DNA of 64,000 bases. It comes from Octopus vulgaris (lineage: Eukaryota). Location of the stretch: NCBI GenBank assembly GCA_951406725.2, contig OX597833.1, positions 69,750,001 through 69,814,000 on the forward strand. The letters run 5' to 3'. Made by a program: the position numbers and the translations under genes. Below, piece by piece: positions 1 through 14,574 of the stretch (the stretch's first letter is position 1; the number at the start of each line of letters is the position of its first letter). A model generated the notes under the pieces. That model searched no databases. It saw only the letters and a program-made list of their open reading frames with translations, and was not told the DNA's origin.

Positions 1-106
1 TATTGGGAAACGAAGTTAACTGATAGACTACACTCAGCGTGAGATTTGGAGATACACTATAACTTTCGAAAATGATATATGTAAATTTATGCGCATAAAT
101 TTCAGT

Positions 107-283
107 CGCAGGCGTAGCCTTGTGGTAAGAAGCATGATTTCCAACCGCATCTCCGTGTTCAGTCTCAGTGTATACCAGCTCGGGTAAGTATTTTCTCTGT
201 TTTGTTTTTTTTATCATACCTTCGAAACAAACAAATCCTTTTGAGTGGACATGGTATACGGACACTTAAAACGAACCCATCGC
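107..283 (+). mobile_element. Degenerate tRNA-derived CORE-like SINE (family A), 5' half
   Basis: Aligns by eye to the better copies at 27671 and 28907 (gcagg..tgtggtaaga..gttcagtc..gggtaagt..gagtgga..acgga). Confidence 0.7.
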
Positions 284-315
284 ATGTATGTATATATATA
301 TATATATATATATAT

Positions 316-571
316 AGTAGAAATACGTTACGAAAAGAAAGCATATAAAATACACGTGGAAACGTAAGGGTGAAATAGGAAAAATCAACGAAAATGCATA
401 TTGCAAATGGAAAAAGGCTATTTATGACATGTAACGATACATATATACGTTTAGATTGACTGAGGTAGTAATACGAGTCATAAAAGTCATTATTATGAGA
501 TGATTATAAGATGATAATAAAGTAATAGAACAAAACGAACCAATGTTTTACGCAAAGCTATTCATCGTTTG

Positions 572-578
<7 letters not shown>
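316..578 (-). repeat. ~260-bp (TA)n-embedded repeat, copy 1, with decayed hammerhead-like end
   Basis: Reverse complement matches 8220-8479 along its length; both copies are flanked by (TA)n. Confidence 0.85.
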
Positions 579-621
<43 letters not shown>

Positions 622-623
<2 letters not shown>

Positions 624-650
624 CGAGGGGTGTATGAAAAGTGTAAGGCC
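622..650. mobile_element. Mariner-type terminal inverted repeat remnant
   Basis: TA-CGAGGGGTGTATGAAAAGT, a typical mariner TIR start; no partner TIR found. Confidence 0.4.
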
Positions 651-849
651 GTTATGCATTACTCTAACAAGTTGTCCTGCACTTTTCCAAATGTAATAAA
701 TTGTCCTGTAATTTTCCAGGTTTATAATTTTAAGAACATTATTTCTCTTGCTCACATTTCTCTGTGTAATATGTGTGTGTGTATTTACTATTAGAAAGAA
801 CGAACAGGCAAAATATATGCTGTTACTTTGGATCATGTAATTTATGCAC

Positions 850-2260
850 CATTGCAGAATTGTTAGAGCACACATGCTCTAAAGTGATTCCACATATTTT
901 GCCATATACATCCGTCCAATTTGGAACTACTTATAGCCATTCGTTGCTACACAGCTACCACAGCTTTGTTTTAGTATGTACAGTTATTCTAAAAACAGCT
1001 GCCGTGGAGATTTTGTGTATTATTTCTTAATCTCTTATTTGCGGTATCATATGGTGAAATTGCTCTGACTATTATTTTCTTCCACCTCCCTCTCCACTAT
1101 GCAATACATATTCTTTTTTTCGATGCAGATAAAACTATAAATAATAGCCGCAAATGATAAGTAATCCAAGAATTTTACCTGCTATACTCTAGTGTTACCA
1201 TGCCCACAAACCTGATATTAAAACATCTTTCTAAAAGCTAAGATTCACGTCATTAAATTTGATATAATGAAACAAAATTATTTGAGGTAGAATGTTTACT
1301 GCACGGAATTCAAAGGAATAGTCATTCCATAAAACCAAACCACACCCATTAAATTACATGCATTACCTGCTGGGTTTTTGCTGCCTTCTAGTAAAGTTAA
1401 TTTATGTTTGAAGCTGAATAACAAACACCTCTACATCAGTCAATTTGTTAGCAGTTTTATACGTATAGTCTTTGACAGCCGTACCCTGACTAAATTACAC
1501 GCGAAAGCCAAGAAATAAAAATTAACACCAATACAACATATTTGAAACAAGATATATAACGTAATGTAATATTTTGTAGCAACAAAGTCGACTTCCATAA
1601 TCAATACTTCACAGGCAAAATAATGTAGGACCGTTGTAAACTATAAAGTGTTGTGTGACCAGTGTCTGTTTTCGGATTCATAGATTCTTGCACTTTACAC
1701 CATTGAATGGAATAACATCCATCCGAACAACATTGACAGCAATAAATTCAGTATAAATTTATTCAATGCTATTTTTTTCTTTATGTTGGGGAGTTTTTAC
1801 TGTTGTTGAGCTTCACAAGGAAAACCGTTCGCAAAGCATGTTTACGTCGATGCTACTAGGGATTATTTCATCAAATATTCTCATGAATATTTGATAGAAA
1901 ATAAACCTATTCCCCTCAGGCTGTTTTCGTATAAACACTTTCTCATGCAATATATAGTTACGACTTTCTATCTTGCCTAAAAGAAAAACAGAAAATCAGC
2001 TTTCTCTAAGATTCACGCGGTATTAAGCAACGTCTTTATTGATATACCCCTGTATCACTGCATCATAAATAATTCAGACATACTTAAAAGCACGAAATCA
2101 GAAATACACTTTGGTATAAAAGCATGGCTGTATTGTTTACACGTCCGAATCGAAAAGTGTTCCGGTTCGGGTTCAATTTCAATATCAGAATCCCAAGAAT
2201 TATACTTTCTAACATAGTCGCGTATCAACCAAACAACAGTGAACGAAAGATTCATCAACA
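850..2260 (-). pseudogene. Possible highly decayed piggyBac-like transposase relic
   Basis: Frameshifted minus-strand pieces in piggyBac order: DFVLLSMSELF, GNRF, IAVNVVRMDVIPFNG, GVKCKNL..TG..HFIVYNG, Cys-rich end (CGSC...KICGITL..C); many stops. Confidence 0.35.
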
Positions 2261-2543
2261 CATACCGGGAATAATAGGAAGGACTTGTAAGATTTCTTTA
2301 ACGATGATGGCACTTGCTTGGCTCCTATTATCACACCTATGTTGGAGTCATTGTTTTTTTGACTCTGTTTGGTGAAAGGTTTAAACGATAGCCGCGTGTA
2401 TCACAGCCACCTGGTAAATGAATATTTTTAGATCACAACACGCTTTAGCAAAAAGTAGGGCCTGGAGTTAGCTCTCTCCATTTATCAAGATGCGTATAGA
2501 AACACGGAAAGGAGTAATGAGTGCCTAGTCGTTCATTATAGAT

Positions 2544-2660
<117 letters not shown>

Positions 2661-2809
2661 TATATGGAGGCGCAAGGCTTGTTAGGGCAGCGACTTTAGT
2701 CGTCCCCATTGTGAGTGTTTATAGATGGATATATATATATATATATATATGCGAACGCATTGTGACCACGATGTGTAACAACATCTGATGGTCTGGTTGG
2801 TCACTTGAT

Positions 2810-2863
<54 letters not shown>

Positions 2864-2865
<2 letters not shown>

Positions 2866-3021
2866 GACAGTCTTCTCTCAGATTCCATATACACTCACAA
2901 GGTATGGGTCCACCTAAGTCTATATTTTAAGACACTCACTCAAAATGCCACAAAATGGGAATTGAACCCGGAACCATGACGTTGGGCAGTATGTTTCTTC
3001 CTACACAGCCACACCTGCGTC
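2864..3021 (-). mobile_element. Degenerate family A SINE, 5' half
   Basis: acacagccacacctgcg head and gaacccggaaccatg B-box region in reverse. Confidence 0.75.
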
Positions 3022-4499
3022 AATGTGTCTGTGTGTATGTGCGCGCGCGTGTGTGTTTCTCGGACATAAACATGGATAGCGAGTGGTTAGTTGTTCGGAA
3101 TAACAAGACACATTACATTATCTCGAAGATAATGAACTTTAAATTCTAGTGTACGTCTACACAAATTTCTGTTGCAAGGTAACCTTGAGTGAACCTTAGG
3201 CTAAAATTGATCTTCCTTACTGATGAGGCTTCAAAGCGGAATTGAAACAGAGACATCGTGATGGCGATGTGATCTTTTTAACCATTCGGCCGTTGCTATG
3301 CTTAGATTTACAAACAAGAAGAAATGCACTCAATATACAATATAGATTCGATTTATTCGTACAAAAACACATGATTTTCTCCGTCACTAATCATTTCCCG
3401 CCACGTGCGATCCTTTACGCGTAAAAAAGAAAAAACAACAACAATCAGTTATGCTGTTCTCGCCTGAAGGATATCAACGCTGAGAGAAGTACTGAGGATC
3501 GATTGTCGAATCATCAAGTTTGGTGTTAAATTACTTTCAAAAATCAATTGCGGATCTCTGTGCAGTTTTGAGGTGAACCGTTATCTGACACAAACGCTGA
3601 TTTGAAGATATTCCCGGAGGCAGCAGGTGAAAGTGTCACGAGAGAGCACACGTTTGTGTTTATCCTTCCTTCTTTGATTCATTTCATGACAAACTAATGG
3701 TCTTTCATCGCACCACATCTCACTCACCGTCCCTCTCTCGATTTCTCTCTAGATTTGTCTCATTCTCTGTCTTTGTATCTCTCTGTTCTTCTCTCTCTCC
3801 CCGTCTATCAGTCTCTCTCTCTTATGCGTGCGTGTGGAAGGGCATAAATATTTCAATACATTATGAGAATAAGTCTCATATAAGCGCCATATGTTAGAAA
3901 TAGCTAAAGGCATAAAGTTCATTGTTAGAGTAATTGGAAACGGGTTTGAATTATGAAACATTTTCATTGCCTCAGTAAACAAAATAGTGTTGTATTTCTG
4001 CCAATTATACTCACTTTATAAATATTAATGCCATACATGCACGATAAATAATATTTATATCTCGCTATAAAATTCGAGATTAAAACATCATCGCAATATC
4101 GTAAGTCTCTCTTTTTTCCGTTTTACCGAATGTGCATCATATATTGTATTAGGAGGCAAGAATCAAATTCTCTCATTGCGAGATATATATGAATTATATT
4201 CGGTTCGATATGAAATAGAAAGAAATACTTATTCAGTAATAGATTTAAGAGGAAACTTGTGGAGAAAAACATCATTAATGATAAATTATTTGTTTATTGT
4301 GTATCACGTATATATTTCATGTATCGTGGTTATTGCATTAAATATTGTACAATTAGTTAATACATAATTTGTGTGAAATATTTTGACATCTGTTCTTTAA
4401 ATTAATAGAAAAAATCCCCAAAGCATTTATTATTTAGCGGCAAAGGATCTACTTATAGAAGTATATAAGTAAGTATATATCTGTGTTTGTGTGTACGAT

Positions 4500-4905
4500 T
4501 GTATACTCTTTTACTCTTTTACTTGTTTCAGTCATTTGACTGTGGCCATGATGGAGCACCGCCTTTAGTCGAGCAAATCGACTCCGGGACTTATTCTTTG
4601 TAAGCCCAGTACTTATTCTATCGGTCTCTTTTGCCGAACCGCTAAGTGACGGGGACGTAAACACACCAGCATCGGTTGTCAAGCAATGCTTGGGGGACAA
4701 ACACACACACACAAACACACACACATACACATATATATACATATATACGACAGGCTTCTTTCAGTTTCCGTCTACCAAATCCACTCACAAGGCATTGGTC
4801 GGCCCGGGGCTATAGCAGAAGACACTTGCCCAAGGTACCACGCAGTGGGACTGAACCCGGAACCATGTGGTTGGTTAGCAAGCTACTTACCACACAGCCA
4901 CTCCT
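4500..4905 (-). mobile_element. Full-length, well-preserved family A (CORE-like) SINE
   Basis: A/B boxes, ccttgggcaagt CORE-like motif, internal (TA)(TG) tract, tail ggcggtgctcca..tggccacagtcaaatgactgaaacaag-(taaaagag)n. Confidence 0.92.
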
Positions 4906-5052
4906 GTTAATGCATAATTTGTGTGAAATATTTTGACATCTGTTCTTTAAATTAATAGAAAGATTCCCCAAAGCATTTATTATTTAGCGGCAAAGGATCT
5001 ACTTATAGAAGTATATAAGTAAGTATATATATCTAGGATTGTGTGTATGATT

Positions 5053-5272
5053 GTATACTCTTTTACTCTTTTACTTGTTGCAGTCATTTGATTGTGGCAA
5101 TGATGGAGCACCGCACTTATTCGAGCAAATCGACACCAGGACTTATTCTTTGTTGGCCTAGTACTTATTCAATCGGTCTCGTTTGCCGACCCGCTAATTT
5201 AAGGGTACGTAAATACACCAACGTCGGTTACCAAGCGATATTGGAGGGACAAACACAGTCACACAAACATTT

Positions 5273-5349
<77 letters not shown>

Positions 5350-5513
5350 TACGACAGGCTTCTTTCAGTTTCCTCTACCAAATCCACTCACAAGGATTTT
5401 GTCGGTCCAAGGCCATAGTAGAAGACACTTGCCCAAGGTGCCAAGCAGTGAGACTGAAACCGGAACCATGTAGCTCCTAAGCAAGCTACTTACCACGCGG
5501 CCACTCCTTCGCC
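5053..5513 (-). mobile_element. Full-length, more diverged family A SINE
   Basis: Same architecture as 4500-4905 with more substitutions. Confidence 0.9.
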
Positions 5514-5629
5514 TATGTATGGTTGGATCTATTAAAGTAAGTATTTATTTATATACGAGTATGAATGTATTCATGCATAATGCACATGTAGTCAGACAGA
5601 CAGATAAATACAAACATGGATAGACTTAT

Positions 5630-6655
5630 AAAGATACATAGATACATACATGCATACATATTTACATACATGCATGCATGCATACATACATTCATGCATG
5701 CATACATCCATGCATGCATACATAAATGAATGCATACATACATATATACATACATAGATACATACATTAATCCATATATACATACATGAAATGCATATAT
5801 ACGTACATGCATATATACATACATGTAAGCATGCATACATACATGCATGCATACATACGTATATACATGCTTGCATACATACATATATGCATACATAATA
5901 AATACATGCATACATACATACATGTAAGCCTGCATACATACATGTGTACATACAGGCTTGCATACATATATGCATACATAATACATACATGTATACATAC
6001 ATACAAATGTACCCTGTTGTCTATTTTGAAATCAAATAAAGAAACCTTGACTCTAGGTTGCAAACCACTTCTTTCTTTATTGGCAAGAAATCTTGCAATA
6101 AGCTGAATAATGACATACACGCATACATACATATAAACAAACATACACACACACATACATACATACGTACATACATACATACATACATACATACATACAT
6201 ACATACATACATACATACATACATACACACATACATACATACATACATACATACAAACACACATACACACACACATACATACATACATACATACATACAT
6301 ACATACATACATACATACATACATACACACATACATACATACATACATACATACATACATACATACAAACACACATACATACATACATACATACACACAT
6401 ACATACATGCATACATACATACAAACATACATATACATACATACATACATACATACAAACATACATACATATATACATACATACATACATACATACATAC
6501 CTACATACGTACATATATGCATACGTACATTCATACATACATACATACATACATACATACACACATACATACATACATACATGCATACATACATACAAAC
6601 ACACATACATACATACATACATACATACATACATACATACATACATACATACATA
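5630..6655. repeat. (CATA)n microsatellite block, partly degenerate
   Basis: Direct inspection. Confidence 0.98.
6005..6114 (+). mobile_element. 3' UTR end of R4/Dong-like LINE inside (CATA)n
   Basis: taccctgtt..tgaaat..tcttg.aata..ctgaataatgac matches the 3' end of the element at 18740-19410 (opposite strand). Confidence 0.65.
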
Positions 6656-7147
6656 ACATTATATTACATTACATACACACATGAGGTTTTAGCATTTCGC
6701 ATTCAATCCATTTATAACGATAGGCAACTTTGTTTCGGAAACTTCGTTTCCTCCATTGGTGCGAAATATTTCCGAGACTTAAGCACGTTTTATGTAAGTC
6801 GACGAGTACTTCAAGTGCAGTAGAACTCTTGAAATTCCATGCACGCAGAGGCGGACGCGTACATATGCACTCACATCCTCACGCGCACAAACACACGCAC
6901 ACACACACACACACACACTCATCAGAAATCAGAAACGAAAATCAGAGATTCAGCAATCTCTTTGGTTAGTTCCTAATCACTGACAAAGCTAAAACAGAGC
7001 AGACTCTCTACGCCCACGCTCATACACAACCACACGCACGCACGCACACACACACACACACACATTCTTTTTTGCTCTCTTTCTCTTTCCCCATCTCTCA
7101 CTCTCTATCCATCTATCTGTCTATCTAACTATGTATCTACCTACCCC

Positions 7148-7197
<50 letters not shown>

Positions 7198-7331
7198 TTA
7201 TATGCATATACATAGATGCACATACATTTATATATATATATACATAGCTATACACACACGCATATATACATATACACACATATTTATACATGTATATATA
7301 TGCATATAAATACACACACACATATATATAT

Positions 7332-7446
7332 ACTCAGAGTAACAGGTTTTGTTGAATTTTCTGCTGTTTAAATAAAGCATATTACTCTACCACTGGTATT
7401 TGAGTACCCTTCTTTCCACCTTGTTTCACATTTCTGTGTTTACTCC

Positions 7447-7449
<3 letters not shown>
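7332..7449 (+). repeat. (TA)n-embedded Penelope-like terminal fragment
   Basis: Shares the gtactcaa.tac...agagtaa...tttatt layout with the hammerhead element at 38430-38636; begins with an ACTC-A-GAGT-A hairpin resembling stem III plus GUA. Confidence 0.45.
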
Positions 7450-7503
<54 letters not shown>

Positions 7504-7664
7504 ATGCTTGTAGATATACATATATATACACACACGCTGCAGTAAGCAAAATTTAATTACGTAACAAGAAGCATTTTCTACTGTATATATCCATTTGAAG
7601 TTTAGTGAAGTCTTAAACTGGTTTTCTTTCTATTGCATATTTTAAAGGGAACTATTAATAATAT

Positions 7665-8080
7665 TGATTTCAAATTTTGACACAAGGCCAGCAATTACGG
7701 GAAAGAGTGTAGGTCGACTACATCGACCCCAGTGCTCAGCTGGTAGTTACCATCTATACGGAAATCATGAAAAGCTCATCTGACCTTGATGGAAATGGAA
7801 CTCAAAACGTAAGAACAGCTGAAACGCCGGTCAGCATTTTGCCCGATATCCGAACCATCCTCCCGGCTCCTTGCTTTCTGCAGACTTATTATACTGCTTT
7901 CAAACTACGGCACAAGAGCAGCAATTTCGGCGGGGAAGGGCGACGATCTCATCGGACCCCAATGCACAGCTGGTACTTATTTTATAGACCCTCAAAGGAT
8001 GAAAGGCGGAATTTGAACTCAGACCATAAAGAGGAACGAATTGCCGCTAAGCATTCTTCCCGGCGTGCCAGCCTTACCCA
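7665..8080 (-). mobile_element. Two degenerate family B (Meta-like) SINEs
   Basis: catcgaccccagtg..ctggta, aaaggatgaaaggc, gaatttgaactcag motifs in reverse. Confidence 0.75.
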
Positions 8081-8219
8081 GAATTATTATATTAACATGT
8101 AGTTTTAATACTGATGACAAATAGCTGTCACGTAGACGTCATGGGGTTCAATTTGTTCAATGGGGAACATTGGGGTTCAATGGGGAACATTATATATGTT
8201 CATATATATATATATATAT

Positions 8220-8476
8220 GAAAAACGATGAATAGCGTTCGCGTAAACCACTGGTTTGTTTTGTTCTCTCACTTTATTATCATCTTATAATCATCTCATA
8301 ATAATGACCTTTATGACTCGTATTACTACCTCAGTCAATCTAAATGTATATATTTGTCACTACCTGTCATAAATAGCCTTTTTCTATTTGCAATATGCAT
8401 TTTCGTTGATTTTTCATATTTTACCCTTACATTTCCACGTATATTTTATATTTTCTTTTCGTAAAATATTTCTACT

Positions 8477-8479
<3 letters not shown>
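8220..8479 (+). repeat. ~260-bp (TA)n-embedded repeat, copy 2
   Basis: Inverted copy of 316-578. Confidence 0.85.
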
Positions 8480-8524
<45 letters not shown>

Positions 8525-8545
8525 AAAGTATATATACACACACAC

Positions 8546-8624
<79 letters not shown>

Positions 8625-8766
8625 TTTGTTTTTTTGTTTCTCCTGTTTCTACGTCTTATTGTGGTGTCCTGTACTCACGTATGATTATTTATATATGCAT
8701 GTATATATACATGTAGATGTAGGTACGTACATATATGTTTGTATGTATATATTTTTATTTATATTA

Positions 8767-8834
<68 letters not shown>

Positions 8835-9884
8835 ATTTATATATGTATGTACCAACATCTGTTTTTCCTGTTCTTTTTGCCAGTTACTGAGTATTGGTGT
8901 AAGATGAAATCCAACAAGTACTTCTTCAATGTTTGCCTTGCTTCCTTTATTTATCTATTTTTTTCTCGTATATTTGGCAATTGTTACTTCTTATCATTTG
9001 CAGCTACGAAAGGACGTAACAGTAAGAGTGCTCATAGCATTTGAGTTGATTCATTAATTCAATTCTAAACATGAATAATTTGAGAATTACACTACAAGAA
9101 ATGTGACGAAAAATATTGATTTTACAGCAGCGTTTAATATTTATTATACATGTCTTGTGCAGTGTAGGACAAGAGATAAGCTACAGCAATGCAAAACAGT
9201 GACTTAGAACCAACTAAGCTCTGTTTTCAAGATAGTTCGCTTGATTAAATATCTTAATGCCACATGGGTAAGATATGAACGCCATTGAATCCATACACCA
9301 TGTAAACGATTTTCATGCCCGGATAAAAGAAACGAAAATATTTTTCGCTTTCATGATTGCAAGTAGATCTATGGGCAGAATTGTATCAAAGCACGCGACG
9401 TAGAGTCCATATTCTTCATCATGTCACAGATGCAAACTACTGACATGTATATATATATATGCCTCAGTGTGTGAGTGAATATGTGATTGCATGTGTACGT
9501 GTAAGTGTGTGTGTATGTGTGTGTTTTTGTGTGTGTGTTTGCATATGTATAGGGTACTTATATGTCCATATGCGCCTCTTTCTACTATATTTTTTATTAG
9601 CATTTTTTCCAGAAGGATGATGTTTTCTAGCAAAGAAACCAAAGATCGATTATTGGAGTTTGGAGAACTACATCAATAAATGTTACATCGCGGACTTTAT
9701 GGAGATCTTGCAGATTTTTACTCTTCAACATAAATATTGTTTCAGTAATTTTTCTCAGCCAATTTCTTCCTTTGCATGAGACTCTTATCTTCCCCAGACT
9801 ATGGTCCCAGCATTTATTAACATAACACACATGCACACACACACAAACCCAAAACAGGTTTGTGTCTGTATATAGATACACACA

Positions 9885-9921
<37 letters not shown>

Positions 9922-10213
9922 CAGAAAATGGAGAAAACTTTTGATCAACGAAGAAACAAATTGGACCCCATCTGTAAGTAGATAATTTTTTAATACAAAA
10001 CTTGACATAACATTTCTATGATAGCAATTCTTACGGCCGATTCCGCATTCAATGCCAATCGGTGCTTACGAAATATTTACGAAAATAATATTTGTCATCT
10101 TCATAGAACATTCGATCCATTACATAGAGCTTCATCAGAGTCAATGCAAATGCGTGAAATAAAAAATAAACGAAAGGAAGAGGGAATAGGAAAGAACTTG
10201 GCCTCCAGAGGAG

Positions 10214-10554
10214 GCCAGAAATCTCAAAAGATTAAAATCATACCATCTTCCAGCGTAGAGCTTCGAAGATGATAGGCAAAAGAGTGACCTAGCAATGGTC
10301 AACGGAAATATTTACGGGTTGTTTCTATATAAAGGGTGGCTACCAAGATATATGAAAGGTAGTGAAATGAAGTTAGCACTAAAAACAGACAAGAAATTAC
10401 TAACATGTCTAGAAAGAGAATAGCACTTATGTAATCGTAAATAGGGTTAGTCTTAAATATTTCCCTAGACCATCGCTATATCACTCTTTTGCCTATCTTC
10501 TTCGAAGCTCTACGCCGGAAGATGGTATTATTTTAATCTGTTGAACCTTCTGGC
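10214..10554. repeat. Fold-back element, ~100-bp imperfect arms (possible MITE)
   Basis: 10214-10315 is the reverse complement of 10454-10554 (taccatcttcc.gcgtagagcttcgaaga.gataggcaaaagagtga). Confidence 0.85.
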
Positions 10555-10614
10555 ATCGAATGTCCCACGAGGATGAATATTATTTTCGTAATTCTTTCGT
10601 AAGCTTCCGCCTAT

Positions 10615-10752
10615 AGCTCGACATCAGATGCTGGTGTGTCGTTGTCCCGAAATTTAGCGGTTCGACAATTGAAACTAATAGAATAAGTACAAAGCGGTGC
10701 TCCAACATGGACGCAGTTAACTGGCTGAGACGTGTAAAAGAATAAAAGAATA
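10615..10752 (+). mobile_element. Family A SINE 3' fragment
   Basis: gatgctggtg..tagcggttcg..atagaataagtac..gcggtgctcc..catgg tail. Confidence 0.75.
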
Positions 10753-10813
10753 TAATATATATATATACGTTAAAGAAAGAGACAGAAAGAGACACAGAGA
10801 GAGAGAGAGATAT

Positions 10814-10848
<35 letters not shown>

Positions 10849-10928
10849 CATACATATTACATACACATACATTCATCAAATCATAGATATTCAAACTCAC
10901 ATATACATCAGCACACGTGTATATATAC

Positions 10929-11066
<138 letters not shown>

Positions 11067-11840
11067 CCGTAGGTCTGTAGATTTGTCTAGGTATATAATT
11101 ACGTTATCTAATAAAGATAAGACCTCGTTTACTTGCGAAAATTTTCGAACAAATATTTTATCCTATTCACTGAAGATAAATAAATTATTCCTGTATAAAT
11201 CTAATATTTCGGAAGCAGACGCCATAGTGCTAGGACAAATAGACTACAGGCGTTTAGACTTTCTTTTGAACATCCATTTTTCATTTGAGAATCTGACCGC
11301 CATGTTTACGTTCTACGTTTCCTTGGAATTAAAAAAATTTGTGGAATAAAATTCCAATCACACCGCATTACTTCCCTTTCCGGTGTTGGACAAAGTATCA
11401 ATGGAAATCTTCGTTTCTCCAGCTGCCGCCTTGTGAATAGCCTTCTTGTCTATATTCTGAGACTAACCGGCGCGTACATGAATAATTTATTTATCGAGTG
11501 TGAGTAAAAGAAATTATTTGTTCCCAATTTAGGATTATTCTGCTTTTCTAACCTAATTTAATTATCTATACAGTTACACGCTGCTTTTACGTGGTCTACG
11601 TGATTCTTCGAAGATTCTCACCAAAAATATACAATCACACGATGGTGGAAGATAAAAGAATGCGAAGAATAACAACAACAACAACAATAACAATAATAAA
11701 AATAATACTAATCATAATGATAAAGGTAATGATAATAATGATGATGATGTTGTGATGGTGATAATGATAATGATAAGAATAATAATAGTAATAATGATAA
11801 AATAATAATAATAATCATCATAATAATAATAATAATAATG

Positions 11841-11907
<67 letters not shown>

Positions 11908-12216
11908 TAATAATAATATTAATAAAAGTCGAATCGCTAATGTTGAGACCGCAGGTGCTTGGTTGACTTTGTTTCTTGTGAGGAGATGGTTAATTCTGCA
12001 CCGGAAGAAGTAATATTAGAATAATACATATCCGGATAGCAATTTGAATATGTGGAATTTACTAAACAAAACGATTCCCATGGTGCGTAGTATTCAAGGA
12101 AATAGAACCGTTTGAACTAATTTAGACATCGATGTGAATTCGAAGAAAAATTATTTCCAAACTTTGCACCAAATGACATTTCTAAACTTGTGAAATTTTC
12201 AGACAAATACTCTTTA

Positions 12217-12361
<145 letters not shown>

Positions 12362-12639
12362 CACTGAAAGTGCCGAAAATTTTGGAACAATAGTATGAAA
12401 CATCTTCAAAGTCTTTGCTTTTTCACTAGAGAATTCTTCGTGTCCTGCAGCAAGGAACATCATGCTAGTCTAAAAACAGCTCTATTTCTTGTACAATTGT
12501 GTCATATCCGTAATGATCCGCTGAATTAGGCGGAATGTAACGAGAATATGTGTGGCGAAAGGAAACTACATGAATACGCAAAACATGTAAAGAAAGCCTA
12601 CTGCATCATAGCAGCAAATACTCGCTTGCTGTTACGCTC

Positions 12640-12715
<76 letters not shown>

Positions 12716-12829
12716 TAGGAAATCGTGAGAGGAAATGGCGTTTAAAAATAGCCCACATACAATATTCACTACATACAGGGTTTTCCGCCTAATCTAGATA
12801 GAATGATACACAGACACACACATATGTAT

Positions 12830-12895
<66 letters not shown>

Positions 12896-13288
12896 ACAGA
12901 GACAGAGATAGAGAGAAACAGAGAGACAGAGAGACAGACAAACATTCCTATATGTCGGTAAGCCAGGAACCGTAAAAAGACTTCTGTATAGTCACACTTC
13001 TTTTAAGACCGTTTCTTAAAACTCATTTTAACATGATTCGTTAGGAAGGCCATATTTTCTAACGTGCTTATATCTGCTAGAAATGAGAACCAAATCCCCC
13101 TCATATTACATCCCACCCTCTTGAGAAGAATAAGGCTCTTTAGATAAGATAGTCTTCGACCTGCTATGTTAGAGACGACTAGTGAGAGATGTCCAAAATT
13201 GTTGTTGCAGCTTCCATCATCAGTTTACTCGCTCAGACCAGAGCTACTTCTAAATTATTTTATCATTATTACTATTATTATTATTATT

Positions 13289-13843
13289 GAGTGAGAGAGC
13301 AGTTCATGCCATCAAAGTGACACTGGGGTAAAAATATACGAAGCCCAATATACCCATCATGACTACCCGTCTGATAAGGGTACACCAGGCACATGCATCA
13401 CAACCATATGTGCGCGACATGGCGATCTCATATCAAGATAAACAGCACATGACCTTGCAGGTAGGGCCCAGTTAGAATTTTCTTCAGGTTGAGTAGCCCA
13501 TCCCGCTCAAAAGGTCCCTGAATAAGGGTTGTTTAAGGATGTTGAAAGAACCACCCGTGTTTCCAGAGGTGAATTATTCAAACCCCAAAGAATCCCTCTC
13601 AACACATGGCTATGATGCTACCCCACTACTTCTGCTCGTGATCAGAGATGCACATATCGTCAGCCACTAAGGGACATGGCCAACTGGTTATGGTCAATCG
13701 AATGACAAGCAAATCTGTGGTATTGAGCAGAATATTTGCTGTAGGCCATCTTTTATACCAAGACAAAACAATGTACATGATAACACTTCTAATCAGTTAA
13801 AATCAGAAGCCATGAGAACCACTGCTTGCTAATGCATCAGGGC

Positions 13844-13845
<2 letters not shown>
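13289..13845 (-). mobile_element. ~560-bp non-coding element inserted in (TAA)n, longer copy
   Basis: Flanked by (ATT)n on both sides; near-identical to 13881-14288. Confidence 0.8.
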
Positions 13846-13880
<35 letters not shown>

Positions 13881-14288
13881 GAGTGAGAGAGCAGTGCATG
13901 CCATCAAAGTGACACTGGGGTAAAATATACGAAGCCCAATATACCCATCATGACTACCCGTCTGATAAGGGTACACCAGGCACATGCATCACAACCATAT
14001 GTGCGCGACATGGCGATCTCATATCAAGATAAACAGCACATGACCTTGCAGGTGGGGCCCAGTTAGAATTTTCTTCAGGTTGAGTAGCCCATCCCGCTCA
14101 AAAGGTCCCGGAATAAGGGTTGTTTAAGGATGTTGAAAGAACCACCCATGTTTCCAGAGGTGAATTATTCAAACCCCAAAGAATCCCTCTCAACACACGG
14201 CTATGATGCTCCCCCACTACTTCTGCTCGTGATCAGAGATGCACATATCGTCAGCCACTAAGGGACATGCTCAACTGGTTAAGGTCAA
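13881..14288 (-). mobile_element. Same ~560-bp element, truncated copy
   Basis: Same ctctctcactc-(aat)n end; about 150 bp missing at the other end. Confidence 0.8.
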
Positions 14289-14364
<76 letters not shown>

Positions 14365-14466
14365 GGTATTATTTATTATCATAATCATTTTATTATTATT
14401 GTTATTATTTATTATCATAATAATTTTATTATCATTGTTATTATCATCATCATCATTATCATTATC

Positions 14467-14513
<47 letters not shown>

Positions 14514-14574
14514 CATCATTATTATTTTATCATTATCACTATTATTATCGTTATCATCATCATCATCATCATCA

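Noticed and set aside
3215-3250. CUGAUGA followed by a GCUU/AAGC hairpin
   Set aside because: Followed by GGAAU rather than GAAA, with no stem I or UH site
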